DNA of 64,000 nucleotides from Dehalococcoidia bacterium (GCA_965224255.1 CBDCYO010000004.1:2449-66448); one strand, 5' to 3'; shown: positions 1-10,952, numbered from the stretch's first letter. Notes: generated by a model from the letters alone, not told the origin. Translations and numbers: made by a program.

Positions 1-681
1 ATCAACAAACGCTCCGTTCGCGTGATAACTGCAAATGCCGAGATCGACGTGGTACCGGTCGTGGAATTAGGAATGGTGTATGAGCTTCCTGACCGGGACC
101 TTGGCCATTGGAAGCTCACAAACCCGCCGGGGCATAACGATTGGAGTAAGGATCAGAATGCGCTTTTCGATGACCGATTTAAGCCGCTGGTCAAAATGTT
201 CAAGTGGTGGCACCGCGAGAACAATACCGGCAAGAGACCGAAGGGCTTTGTCCTGGAGGTACTCGTCTCGAAACATGCACCGAACAACGAAAGCCACTAT
301 GGCGAAGCTTTCGCCCAGATGCTTGAGAGCATCTATGCGAATTATGGGCAACTTGCCGAAATAGGAATCAAGCCGTCCATCGAGGACCCAGCACTTCGGG
401 GAAATGACATTCTGTCAAAGGTATCGATGACTAATTGGAAGAACTTCATTGAGCGCGTGCGGGTTCATGCCGTCTATGCCCGGCGGGCTCAGGAAGAGGA
501 GAATATGGAGGAGGCCACCCGTCTATGGCGGAAGCTGTTCGGCAGTCGGTTTCCTGCAACTGCAAATCCCGCGAATGCAAAGAGTCTTGCAAGTTTAGCG
601 GCCGCTCCCTCTATAGCATCACAAGGCTACAACTTCCCACCTGTTGCCGCAGCACCCAAAAAACCACGGGGGTTTGCATGA
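1..681 (+). CDS. CD-NTase / SMODS-family cyclic-oligonucleotide synthase, C-terminal part (5' end outside window)
   Basis: Frame open from nt 1. DVVPVVE...WKLTNPPGH...FKPLVKMFKWW resembles the SMODS C-terminal half. Stop overlaps next start (ATGA 678-681). Followed by Cap2/Cap3/SAVED effector. Confidence 0.75.
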   Translation: MNKRSVRVITANAEIDVVPVVELGMVYELPDRDLGHWKLTNPPGHNDWSKDQNALFDDRFKPLVKMFKWWHRENNTGKRPKGFVLEVLVSKHAPNNESHYGEAFAQMLESIYANYGQLAEIGIKPSIEDPALRGNDILSKVSMTNWKNFIERVRVHAVYARRAQEEENMEEATRLWRKLFGSRFPATANPANAKSLASLAAAPSIASQGYNFPPVAAAPKKPRGFA

Positions 682-2381
682 AGTTGTGGTGGCTGACCGA
701 TTTTGCGCGTGTTGATGCCGAGAAGACAGCGGTTGAACGGCTTACCCAGGACGAAGGTTGGTTTACCCTCTGCTGCTGGCGCCTCAACGCTTGGCGTTTT
801 TCGGCTGATGGTATCATCACGGCTCACGATATTGCTTATCCCGTCCGCCTTGTTTACCCGGATCAGTTTCCGTTGGTGCCGGCCTGGGTGGAACCGCAAG
901 ACCCAGAGGCCCGCTGGAGTTCTCATCAGTATGGTAAAGGTGGCGTTCTCTGTCTTGAGCTTCGGCCGGACAATTGGTCGCCAAGTGCCTCCGGCACCGA
1001 TGTCCTTCGCAGCGCCTACAAACTTCTCTGGATGGAGAACCCGCTCGGCGACGGAGAGCACAGCCGTGTTCCTTCCGCTGATCGGATCAGCGATGTGCAG
1101 TCCTACGATTGGGGAACCGAACCGGTCTTGATCGGGTCGGGTTGTCTGGAACGACTGAGAAATGGTAAAGCCAATCATCTGCGCGCTCTGCGATGGGCAC
1201 CAACCGATGGAGGCCTTTGGCCGATTCTGGTGTTCGATGCGATAGACCTCGCCCAACCACAACACCCTCCATCCTTTGACCTTGGCACGCTCCGGGTCGA
1301 GTTGCCGGTCATCGCGGCACAAGTCGAAGCACCCAACCCAACGCCGGCAGATCGCTTGGCATTGGCATCAGCCTTAGGCATGAGTCTCGATTCAGACACA
1401 CTTAAGAGTGGCGTAATCGTGATTACTGCCGGCGTGGAGCATACCACGGCGTTCCATTCGCCAGATGAAACCTCCATCTTTACCAGAAAATTGGTGATTC
1501 TTCCCGATGAGGCAGGTATTCGCTCAGGGCGGACATCCCAAGCAGCCAGTAAGAGCGTCGCCGTGGCCGGGTTGGGTTCAGTTGGTTCCAAGGTGGCGGA
1601 AATGTTACTTCGATCTGGCGTGCATCGTCTCCTGCTGATGGATGGCGATGTGTTTTTCCCCGGCAACTTGGAGCGCCATACGCTGGATTGGCGAGATATT
1701 GGGTTTCGGAAGGCAAACGCCGTCAAGCGTCGCCTGCTTCATATCGCCCCTGGCGCAACCATCGATGTCATCACCTTCCATTTGGACTGGCAGCGGTCGG
1801 CAAGATTTCATGCCGATATCGTTGGACGATTAGCCGCTTGTGATCTCATCTTTGACGCTACGGGCGATATTCCCAGCGCTTTGCGATTCGGCGCAATTGC
1901 CGCAGAGAATGAAAGGCCGTTCGTTTCGGCGCAGGTGTTCGAAGGCGGGCTCGGTTGTCTCATTGCCCGTTCGCTGCCGGGGCTTGACCCTCCTTATGTG
2001 GCCGGTCGAGAAGCTTACGATGCCTATTGCGAAAAGATGGACGTCACACCGCCGGCTAGCGGGCACAGGGACTACGAGGCCCTGAATGAAACAGGTCAGC
2101 CCTTGGTTGCTGACGACGCGGCGGTTACGATCGCGGCTGCGCATGCGTCGCGCGTTGTGCTAGATATTTTCGACGAGCGGTTGGACTCCGCGGACGCCGG
2201 CTGGCTGCTGATGGGTTTTCGGAAAGGATGGTTGTTCGAGAGGCATGGTCATAGCATAAGCCTTGATGTTAGCGCGGTTTCAGTTCCGGCGCCGCCTGAG
2301 ACGACTGATGATGCAGGAATAAGAATTTTCATCGCCGATTTGGTCAAGGGGGCGTGTGGTGCGACTGCGTCTCCCGAGTGA
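678..2381 (+). CDS. cap2: Cap2-like E2-E1 fusion (CBASS regulator)
   Basis: 567 aa. N-terminal E2-like region with candidate catalytic Cys (GGVLCLELRPDNW). ThiF/E1 Rossmann motif VAVAGLGSVGSKVAEMLLRSGV. Confidence 0.85.
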   Translation: MKLWWLTDFARVDAEKTAVERLTQDEGWFTLCCWRLNAWRFSADGIITAHDIAYPVRLVYPDQFPLVPAWVEPQDPEARWSSHQYGKGGVLCLELRPDNWSPSASGTDVLRSAYKLLWMENPLGDGEHSRVPSADRISDVQSYDWGTEPVLIGSGCLERLRNGKANHLRALRWAPTDGGLWPILVFDAIDLAQPQHPPSFDLGTLRVELPVIAAQVEAPNPTPADRLALASALGMSLDSDTLKSGVIVITAGVEHTTAFHSPDETSIFTRKLVILPDEAGIRSGRTSQAASKSVAVAGLGSVGSKVAEMLLRSGVHRLLLMDGDVFFPGNLERHTLDWRDIGFRKANAVKRRLLHIAPGATIDVITFHLDWQRSARFHADIVGRLAACDLIFDATGDIPSALRFGAIAAENERPFVSAQVFEGGLGCLIARSLPGLDPPYVAGREAYDAYCEKMDVTPPASGHRDYEALNETGQPLVADDAAVTIAAAHASRVVLDIFDERLDSADAGWLLMGFRKGWLFERHGHSISLDVSAVSVPAPPETTDDAGIRIFIADLVKGACGATASPE

Positions 2382-2820
2382 CCAACAGGAACTGCTGTGC
2401 AGAGCGCTTCGCCGAGCCGGGAATAAAGAAATCGGTGGTCAAATCTTCGGTGAGCAACTTGCTCCTTCCGACTTCCAGGCGACCCATCTGACTTTCCAGA
2501 AAGGGCCCGGCAGGTTCGCGCGATTCATCGTTGACATTGTCCAAGCTGCACGAGACGCGCTGCGATTCTTCGACCGGACCGGGCACTGCTACACCCGCTT
2601 CAACTATATCGGCGAGTGGCACAGCCACCCGAACTTCGGCATTCGCCCGAGTGGAACGGATTTGGCCACAATGCAACATCTTGTTCTGGATCATGATTTT
2701 CAAGGTAACTTCGCCATTCTCATGCTCGCCCGCCTTGAGGGGGAGCAACTCGCCTGCAGGGCTTGGGTTTTCGATCAGACCGGGCGTGAGCAAGCCGCGA
2801 CGCTGAAGATGCAACCATGA
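2356..2820 (+). CDS. cap3: Cap3-like JAB/JAMM isopeptidase
   Basis: 154 aa. JAMM motif EWHSHPNFGIRPSGTD. GTG start overlaps the cap2 end by 26 nt. Confidence 0.85.
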   Translation: MVRLRLPSDQQELLCRALRRAGNKEIGGQIFGEQLAPSDFQATHLTFQKGPGRFARFIVDIVQAARDALRFFDRTGHCYTRFNYIGEWHSHPNFGIRPSGTDLATMQHLVLDHDFQGNFAILMLARLEGEQLACRAWVFDQTGREQAATLKMQP

Positions 2821-4286
2821 CGGTCGAGAAAAAACCGACTCTCACAGACCCAAAGGGGATGGGGGGCATAAACGCCCAAGACGGTTTCGACTATCAAGTT
2901 TGGGTTGCACTTGCGCGACTGCCCGCCTGGCTCCGCAACCCTGCATTCGAGGGTGTTGCAATTGAAACACTGGAGGACTTCGAGGCCCGATTCTTCGCAC
3001 CGCATTCGCCTCGCGGTCATGTCCTAGACCGTTTTCAAGCTAAGTCCGGAACACCTACTCAGGCTGAGATCATCGAAGTCCTGGATTCCTTTTGGGCATT
3101 CGATGCTGCCTATCCGGCGACCGCACGGGTTCATACCCTCGTTACCCCTGCACTTCCAACCGGTTTAAGGTGGATCGCTCGTGACGTTAACCGAGTCCAG
3201 AACGCTCGGCCATTCTACCAGCCGTTTTCTGACATCCGTGCCGCCAGCGACGACGAGTTGAAAAAGAAGCTCGTCAAGAAATTCGGTCCTGACCGCGGCG
3301 TATTCTTTGCTAGGTCAGTCGAGGTGGCACTGCAAACCATACCAGACCGGAACCACGCAGAAATAACCTTTGCTGCTGCCATGGGCAAAGCCTTTCCTGG
3401 AATGGGAGCTAATGCTCCAGATATATTCAGCGCCTTCCGGGCATTAAGCGATCTTGTCGCTCAGTTTCGAGGTGGGATGCTTACCAGAGACCAACTAGTT
3501 GCGCTTCTTAACGAGACGCTTGGAATTGAATTAGAAGCGGAACGGAGCTTGCACGTCCATATCCGGTCGGACCGAAACAGCGCTCGGTCTGACGCAGTCG
3601 AGGTCGATGCCAGCCACTTTTCCGGTACAGGCGGGGGTTTCCCGACACCTGAAAAATGGGATGCCGAGTTCATAACGCCACTTAATGCGGTCGCTCGCTG
3701 GGCGGGGCGTCGTAATCATCGACGGGTCGCGTTATCGGGCTCCTATCGCCTGACCACAGCTTTTGTCGTTGGCTGGACGTTTCGTTCTGCTAAGGGTTTT
3801 GACCTGGATGTCGAGACAAGGGCGGGAATGTGGGCTACAGATGCTTATCCCTCCCCAGACATAGTTTTGCCTTGGGAGATCAACGGACCTTTGGGTCTCG
3901 TTGATGAAAGGCTAGTTGTGGGTGTGGGCATTCTGCGAAATCCAACGCTCAACATGGTTCAAGACCTTGGATTGCAGAACAGCACCAGCTTTCTTATAGC
4001 CACCTTGGAGAAACCTTTGAGAAACGGCATGGAAGCTCAGGCCTCAGCCGCAGCTATAAAGAATGCGATGGCCAATGCAGTAGAACGATTCCGTCCAACT
4101 GGTATCGACTTGTACTACGCTGGGCCTGCTGCTTTCGCTGTCACGCTAGGACACCGCTGGAATGCTTTGCCGCCAACGCAGTTACGGGAGTTTATAGCCG
4201 CTGGGCAGTACTACTCACCGACCGCTCAAATCGAACAATCGAGCAGCAGGGACATAAACCGGCACGGAAACGCCAACTGGTTGTGA
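2817..4286 (+). CDS. cap4: CBASS effector: DUF4297-type nuclease fused to SAVED sensor (Cap4-like)
   Basis: 489 aa. N-terminus GGINAQDGFDYQ...ETLEDFE...FQAKSG fits the PD-(D/E)xK-like DUF4297 domain. C-terminal half is SAVED-like. ATGA overlap with cap3. Confidence 0.75.
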   Translation: MTVEKKPTLTDPKGMGGINAQDGFDYQVWVALARLPAWLRNPAFEGVAIETLEDFEARFFAPHSPRGHVLDRFQAKSGTPTQAEIIEVLDSFWAFDAAYPATARVHTLVTPALPTGLRWIARDVNRVQNARPFYQPFSDIRAASDDELKKKLVKKFGPDRGVFFARSVEVALQTIPDRNHAEITFAAAMGKAFPGMGANAPDIFSAFRALSDLVAQFRGGMLTRDQLVALLNETLGIELEAERSLHVHIRSDRNSARSDAVEVDASHFSGTGGGFPTPEKWDAEFITPLNAVARWAGRRNHRRVALSGSYRLTTAFVVGWTFRSAKGFDLDVETRAGMWATDAYPSPDIVLPWEINGPLGLVDERLVVGVGILRNPTLNMVQDLGLQNSTSFLIATLEKPLRNGMEAQASAAAIKNAMANAVERFRPTGIDLYYAGPAAFAVTLGHRWNALPPTQLREFIAAGQYYSPTAQIEQSSSRDINRHGNANWL

Positions 4287-4507
4287 TTACGAAAGTCCAA
4301 ACGTATTCCGGTCAGGAGAGAAACAGGCGTAAACAGATTCCTGACTGATGGCCGACAATAGGGGGTCGGGTCAGACGCTGGTTTGTTTTTCTGGTTCCGG
4401 CCCACATTAGTTGAGACTGGAACCGGGACTGTGAGACCAGTCGGCTCCCACCGTCCGTTCCATAGCTCACCTCCGAGTTGCACAACCTGTTCCTGTCAGG
4501 AAAACGC

Positions 4508-4730
4508 CCGTTTTTCTGCCAGAAGGAGCCTGTGCGGCTCGGAGGGAGGCGACTGATCAAGCGGCACCAGGCGGACACCGGCGTCATTCTCAACAAGGTG
4601 AGCCCGTCTCAACTAATGTGCGCTCATTCTCAGATAATGTGAGCCCAGAGGCCGTTTCGTTCTCAAATAATCTGAGCCGAAAACGGCGATGTTCTCAAGC
4701 ACAACGCCGGATGTTCTCAAGTCGCTACAG
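4508..4730. repeat. Extra copy of the right end of the TniA/TniB transposon
   Basis: About 225 bp near-identical to 14811-15035. Six ~20-bp subterminal repeats containing TTCTCA. Ends ...GTCGCTACAG at 4730. Interior side faces CBASS. Confidence 0.8.
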
Positions 4731-5123
4731 GTACTTGCGCCCGTCATGGGTGCGGTCCTCGACGAAGTCATAGCTCCACACATGGTTTGCATGCTCGGCC
4801 CGCAGGCGCATGCACGAGCCGTCGGCAAGCCACAGACGCCGACGTTTCGGTTGCTTGGCAGGCACCTTGAGCCCCGCACGCCGCCAGATGCGCTCTACCC
4901 GCTTGTCGTTGACCACCCAGCCGCCCTGCGTGCGCAGCAACTCGGCAATCTTGCGATAGCCGTAGCGGCCACAGGACCGGGCCAGGGTAATGATGTCCTC
5001 GGTCAATTCGGCCTCATCATGGAGCCCCTGCGGGCGGCTTGCGCTGCGTCGAGCGGTGCTGTCCGAGTGCTCGGCAGGCACGGCGCTCCGAGATGCCCAG
5101 TTTATCTCGGATCTGCTCGACAC
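4731..5123 (-). pseudogene. IS3-family OrfB, N-terminal fragment truncated at 4731
   Basis: GRYGYRKIAELLR...NHVWSYDFVEDRTHDGRKY is an HTH plus the start of an rve domain. No DDE core follows. Abuts the transposon end. Confidence 0.7.
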
Positions 5124-5144
5124 AGAGACGGCGGCGCGCGGGGC

Positions 5145-5343
5145 TCAGAAGTTTCCCCGTGCGGCCTCCTGCAAGATGACCTTGTCCAGGGTCAGGTCCG
5201 ATACGGCGCGCCGCAGGCGGGCGTTTTCGGTTTCGAGTTCCTTGAGGCGTTTGACCTGACTGATCTTCAGGCCGCCGAACTCCTGGCGCCAGCGATAGTA
5301 GGTGACTTCGCTGACGCCGATCTGCCGGATGGCGTCGGCAACG
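5145..5343 (-). pseudogene. IS3-family OrfA, 5'-truncated
   Basis: VADAIRQIGVSEVTYYRWRQEFGGLKISQVKRLKELETENARLRRAVSDLTLDK is the HTH plus zipper of IS3 OrfA. Similarity starts exactly where the Tn3-type IR ends. Confidence 0.7.
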
Positions 5344-5363
5344 GGCCTTTGAGTAGCAATGGA

Positions 5364-6240
5364 GTAGAGTCGGCAACTGGCGCGGTAGCGGTAGGCGGAT
5401 GGGGGTAGCTGTTCCCGGCGGCTTTCGCAATGCCGGTGCCTCACTCCTCGCCGTGGCTCCGTTTCCAGTCACCGCTCTCCAAACTGAGCGGGCGGATTTC
5501 CCGCACTCAGCTCTCCAGTGGGATCATGCGTCTCGCACACGGAACACCTTGGCAACCGCGCACAGCAGATGATCTTGCGAAAGCGGCACGACTTCCGCCC
5601 TGCGGCGCGCGGCGCTTTCAGTGGACCGCCGAGCCTGTTGACGCCTCGACGACCCCGCGCCTTGAGAGGGCACGGTTCCTTCACTTGGGCATGTGATGCT
5701 GCCGGGTTTTCTGGTCATCAATCGGGGTAATAGGCATGGCCACTCCCGTGACCCTTCTCCCTTTGGGCATCGCTCCTCACCTGAGGCCTCTTCCCTCCGC
5801 CGGCATTACCCGGCATCCCCGGTACTTCAGGCCTCTCCGCCACCCTGCCGGCCCAACCTGACCCTCGCGGGCTGTCGGTTGGCGCGTGCCACGCCACCGG
5901 ACAGGGCTTCCCGTGTTGCGTCCATTCCCCTCTTCCATGCGTGCTGCCGCCATTACCCCGGCGGAACCTGTCGGTGCGTGCGTCGCTCGCTTCCCGACCG
6001 GTGCCAGCCTTCCCCGTTTCTGTGGCGGGTCGGCTTCCGCATTACACGTTTCGAGGCCTGCTCAGCGTTTACTCACGTTGCGGCCCGCATGGTCGCTAAG
6101 CCGCCCTTGGCGGCCCGTTACATCGGAGTGCTTCAGACGATGTCGTTACCTCCATCATCCGCTCCGACTGCTACCGGCTGGAGCGACAGTTGCCGGGCGG
6201 GATTCGCACCCGCTAGGGAATGGCGCCTTACACGGCGCAC
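5364..6240 (-). ncRNA. ORF-less group II intron, copy 1
   Basis: Reverse complement is identical to 10076-10952, checked at both ends. Domain V lies at 5481-5513. Confidence 0.75.
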
Positions 6241-6308
6241 ACAGAAAACTGTGTTAAGCCTTGCTGAGTTGCCGGCCGTCGTCTTTCGGTGAGCCAGTGT
6301 CGTCGGCG

Positions 6309-6926
6309 TCATTGAGTTCGGGGCATGAGATGGCGAGAGCGCATGAAATGATAGAGCGTCGAGCGGTCTACTCCGGTGATCTTGGCAATCGACGCCTTTG
6401 AGACCTTGAGGTCCAGGAGCCTTTGAATTTCGTCTTCCTTGCCATTGAGCCTTGACTGTCCCAGTCGTCCCTTCGGACGCCCCAAGCGTTTGCCCGAAGC
6501 CCGTGCCGCCGCCAGTCCTTCCTTGGTTCGCATGGAAATGAGTTCGCGCTCGATTTCCGCAAACAAGCCGAACAACGTCACCATGACCTTGCTGTGCAAA
6601 TCCTGCTTGCCCGCCAGACGAATGCCTTCCTTGATCGCCAGAAACCGGACCTGTTGCTTCAGCAAGGCATCCACCGTGGTAATCACCTCGCCTACCGAGC
6701 GGCCCATGCGGCTCAACTCACTGACAACGAGGGTGTCGCCCGGCTCCAGCTGCGCCATCAGGAGGTCGATCTGTCGTTCTTTGGGCGAGCGCCTCGACGA
6801 CACGCTGAGTTCCATGAAGGCGCTGACCTCGAACTTTTCCTGGCGGGCAAACTCCAGGATCGCCAGGCGTTGATTTCCGACATCCTGTGAGTCCTTCGAG
6901 ACGCGTAAATAGGCGATCGTCTTCAT
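6309..6926 (-). CDS. tnpR: Serine recombinase / resolvase
   Basis: 205 aa. MKTIAYLRVSKDSQD catalytic-Ser N-terminus, C-terminal HTH. Divergent from tnpA. Confidence 0.85.
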   Translation of the reverse strand: MKTIAYLRVSKDSQDVGNQRLAILEFARQEKFEVSAFMELSVSSRRSPKERQIDLLMAQLEPGDTLVVSELSRMGRSVGEVITTVDALLKQQVRFLAIKEGIRLAGKQDLHSKVMVTLFGLFAEIERELISMRTKEGLAAARASGKRLGRPKGRLGQSRLNGKEDEIQRLLDLKVSKASIAKITGVDRSTLYHFMRSRHLMPRTQ

Positions 6927-7060
6927 GGCGCGGCCATCCTGTGGAAGCTATCCTTTATTTGGGCCTGTTTCCTACGGTATGGATGGAGTAATCCTGAGCC
7001 TTTCCTTTCAGCATATCCGTTGGCAAGAAACGCTCGTTTCACTCCACGGCAGGGGACGGT

Positions 7061-10052
7061 ATGCCGGTCGAGTTCCTGAGTCAAGACCAGCACCGCCGCT
7101 ATGGGCGCTATGCCGATCATCCGTCGCCCCGTCAACTCGCTCGCTATTTCCATTTGGACGACCGAGACCGCCAGGTGATCGCGCGACACCGCGGCGACCA
7201 CAACCGTCTGGGATTTGCCGTTCAACTCGGCACGGTCCGGTTTCTGGGCACCTTCCTTCCTGATCCCGCCGCGGTTCCTGCCCATGTGGTCAGTCATGCC
7301 GCTCATCAGCTCGACATCCAGGACCCGACTTGCTTCGCTCGCTACGACAGGCCACAAACGCATTGGGACCATACCGTAGAGATCAAACAGACCTATGGCT
7401 ACCGCGATTTCCACGATCCAACCGAGGTGTTCCGCCTGCTGCGCTGGCTCTACACCCGGGCCTGGCTGAGTGCCGAGCGACCCAGCGTCCTCTTCGACCA
7501 CGCCACCGCTCGTCTCGTCGAGCACAAGGTGCTGCTTCCCGGCGTAACCGTGATGGAACGACTCGTGGCGCGTGTCCGAGAGCGAGCCGCCGCACGGCTT
7601 TGGCGTCTGCTCGCGCAGGTCCCTGGCGACATCCACAAGGCAAAACTGGAGGCGCTCTTGCAGGCGCCGCCCGAGGTCCGTTCAAGCCCCCTGGATCAGC
7701 TTCGACGGGCGCCTGTACGTGTGAGTGGACCCGCTTTGGTTGAGGCGCTGCAACGCCTCGAGGCCATGAGAGCCCTTGGCGTCGGAGACCTTCCTTTGGA
7801 TCACATCCCGCCGAGCCGTCTGCGCGCTTTGGCCCGCCATGGCGCTGCTGCGCGAGCTCAGGCCATCGCCCGCATGGCCCCGGAACGTCGAGTTGCCACC
7901 CTGCTGGCCTTTGCGCGAGCCTTCGAGGTTATCGCGATGGATGACGCCATCGACCTCCTCGACTTCCTGATCAGCCAGCTCATCCACGAGGCCCGTAACG
8001 AGGGCGAAAAACAGCGGCTGCGGACCTTGCGCGACCTGGATGCTGCGGCGCTGCAACTCTGGAATGCGATGGGCGTCCTTTTGGACGAAACCGTCGCTGC
8101 CACTGCGGTTCGCACCCAGACCTATGCCCGCATTCCCCGGCAGTGTCTGCTTGAAGCCGGTGCTCAGGTTGAAACGTTGGCCCGGCCCGCAGATGACCGC
8201 TATTACCCAGAGTTGGTTGACCGTTATCGTCGGGTGCGGCGGTTCTTGCCCGCCCTGTTGCGCAGCGTGTCGTTTGAGAGCACGCAAGCCGGCAAGGCGA
8301 TGCTTGACGCCCTGGATTTTCTGCGTCGCATCGAACCCCAACGCCACCCTGACATGCAGCAGGCGCCGCTGGACGTGGTGCCAGGTGCCTGGCGGCGTCT
8401 TGTGAAGCCCGCCTGCACGCCCACGGTGGATCGGCAAGCGTACACGATCTGCATTGTCGAACGGCTACAAGACCATCTGAGGCGGCGAGATATCTTTGTC
8501 TCCAGGAGCGAGCGCTGGGGGGATCCGCGTATCAAGTTGCTGCAGGGCGAGCAGTGGGAGGGGATGCGACCCATGGTCTGCCGGGCTTTGGGCCGCAACG
8601 AATCGCCGGAGCCGGAACTCCACGCCCTCGGCCAGCAACTCGATGCCGCCTATCAACACACCGCAGCCCGGTTTTCAACGAATGAGGCGGTGCGTGTGGA
8701 AACCGTGAAGGGCCGTGACACCCTGATCCTCAGCAGGCTCGAAGAACCGCCCCGTTTCAGCGCTCTGCGCGACCGCGTGCTGAATCTGTTGCCACGCGTC
8801 GATTTGCCGGAGCTGCTGTTGGAAATCCATGCGCGAACGGGCTTCGCCAATGAATGTACCCACATCAGTGAAGGCGAAGCGAGGGTGGCGGAGTTGCCTG
8901 TAAGTATCTGTGCGGTCCTGCTGGCGGAAGCCTGCAACATCGGCCTCGAACCCGTCGTGCGCTCCGATCATCCGGCCCTGACGCGAGCGCGACTGAGCTG
9001 GGTCCAACAAAACTATATCCGCACCGAGACGCTGACGCGGGCCAATGCCTGCCTGGTTGACGCCCAGTCCACCATCGACCTGGCGCAGGTGTGGGGTGGC
9101 GGTGACGTGGCGTCTGCCGATGGCCTGCGCTTCGTGGTGCCTGTGCGCACCCTCAATGCCGGCCCCAACCGCAAATACTTCAACGCCGATCGGGGGGTGA
9201 CGTATTACAATTTCACCTCGGACCAATTCACCGGTTTCCATGCCATCGTCATCCCCGGCACCCTGCGCGACTCCATGTATATCCTCGATGGCCTCCTCGA
9301 CCACCAAACGCGGCTGCAACCGGGAGAAGTCATGGCCGACACGGCCCGGTGTGAGTGCGGTTGTTTTCGGGTTGTTCTGGCTACTGGGTTACCAGTTCAG
9401 CCCACGTATGGCCGACCTGGGCAAAGCCAGGTTCTGGCGCCTCGACCCCGCGGCAGACTACGGCGTCCTCAATGGCATCGCCCGGGCTCGTGCCAATACA
9501 AGGCTCATCAGCCGCAATTGGGACGACTTGTTACGGGTTGCCGGGTCTCTGCATCAGGGCACGGTGAGTGCCTCCGAACTCATGCGGTCACTGCTCAGAA
9601 GCAAGCGTCCCACCACGCTGTCGCGCGCCCTCGCGGCCTTGGGACGTATCCCGAAAACCCTTTACATGTTGGCCTACGTAGATGATGAGCACTATCGACG
9701 GCGCATCCTGACGCAGCTCAACCGCGGCGAAAGCCGCCATAGCGTTGCACGTGCGGTTTTTCATGGCCAGCGTGGCGAACTCCGGCAGCGTTACCGCGAA
9801 GGCCAAGAGGACCAACTCGGAGCATTGGGGCTGGTCGTCAATGCCATCGTGCTGTGGAATACCCTCTACATGGCAGCGGCTCTCAAAGAGTTGTCTCACG
9901 TCGGCTATGGGGTCCATCCGGAAGACGTGGCGCGACTGTCGCCCTTGATCCACAGACACCTCAATTTTCAGGGACGACACGCCTTTGTACTGCCGGAGGC
10001 CGTGGCGCAAGGCCAATTACGACCCCTGCGTGACCCTCGCCAAGAGCAGTAG
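7061..10052 (+). pseudogene. tnpA: Tn3-family transposase with a +1 frameshift near 9345-9347
   Basis: MPVEFLSQDQHRRYGRY... N-terminus. Frame switches at ADTA|GVSAVVFGLFWLLGYQF (ORFs 7061-9685 and 9240-10052). An extra C in gcccggt causes the shift. Confidence 0.85.
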
Positions 10053-10075
10053 CAAGGCTTAACACAGTTTTCTGT

Positions 10076-10952
10076 GTGCGCCGTGTAAGGCGCCATTCCC
10101 TAGCGGGTGCGAATCCCGCCCGGCAACTGTCGCTCCAGCCGGTAGCAGTCGGAGCGGATGATGGAGGTAACGACATCGTCTGAAGCACTCCGATGTAACG
10201 GGCCGCCAAGGGCGGCTTAGCGACCATGCGGGCCGCAACGTGAGTAAACGCTGAGCAGGCCTCGAAACGTGTAATGCGGAAGCCGACCCGCCACAGAAAC
10301 GGGGAAGGCTGGCACCGGTCGGGAAGCGAGCGACGCACGCACCGACAGGTTCCGCCGGGGTAATGGCGGCAGCACGCATGGAAGAGGGGAATGGACGCAA
10401 CACGGGAAGCCCTGTCCGGTGGCGTGGCACGCGCCAACCGACAGCCCGCGAGGGTCAGGTTGGGCCGGCAGGGTGGCGGAGAGGCCTGAAGTACCGGGGA
10501 TGCCGGGTAATGCCGGCGGAGGGAAGAGGCCTCAGGTGAGGAGCGATGCCCAAAGGGAGAAGGGTCACGGGAGTGGCCATGCCTATTACCCCGATTGATG
10601 ACCAGAAAACCCGGCAGCATCACATGCCCAAGTGAAGGAACCGTGCCCTCTCAAGGCGCGGGGTCGTCGAGGCGTCAACAGGCTCGGCGGTCCACTGAAA
10701 GCGCCGCGCGCCGCAGGGCGGAAGTCGTGCCGCTTTCGCAAGATCATCTGCTGTGCGCGGTTGCCAAGGTGTTCCGTGTGCGAGACGCATGATCCCACTG
10801 GAGAGCTGAGTGCGGGAAATCCGCCCGCTCAGTTTGGAGAGCGGTGACTGGAAACGGAGCCACGGCGAGGAGTGAGGCACCGGCATTGCGAAAGCCGCCG
10901 GGAACAGCTACCCCCATCCGCCTACCGCTACCGCGCCAGTTGCCGACTCTAC
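10076..10952 (+). ncRNA. ORF-less group II intron, copy 2
   Basis: 5' GTGCG. Domain V 10803-10835 (GAGCUGAGUGCGGGAAAUCCGCCCGCUCAGUUU) has the AGC triad, a GAAA-type loop and a 2-nt bulge. D6 helix is 10838-10851 paired with 10936-10950, bulged A at 10946, 3' end ..CUAC. ACAGAAA at 10293-10299 complements the exon TTTCTGT. Confidence 0.8.

Noticed and set aside
5693-6292. Identical 199/220-aa ORFs (also 9961-10623) and several smaller identical ORF pairs
   Set aside because: They lie inside the group II intron RNA and are P/R/S-rich. Their identity simply reflects the 922-bp repeat.
6923-7636. 237-aa minus-strand ORF
   Set aside because: It overlaps the res region and the tnpA 5' end in antisense.
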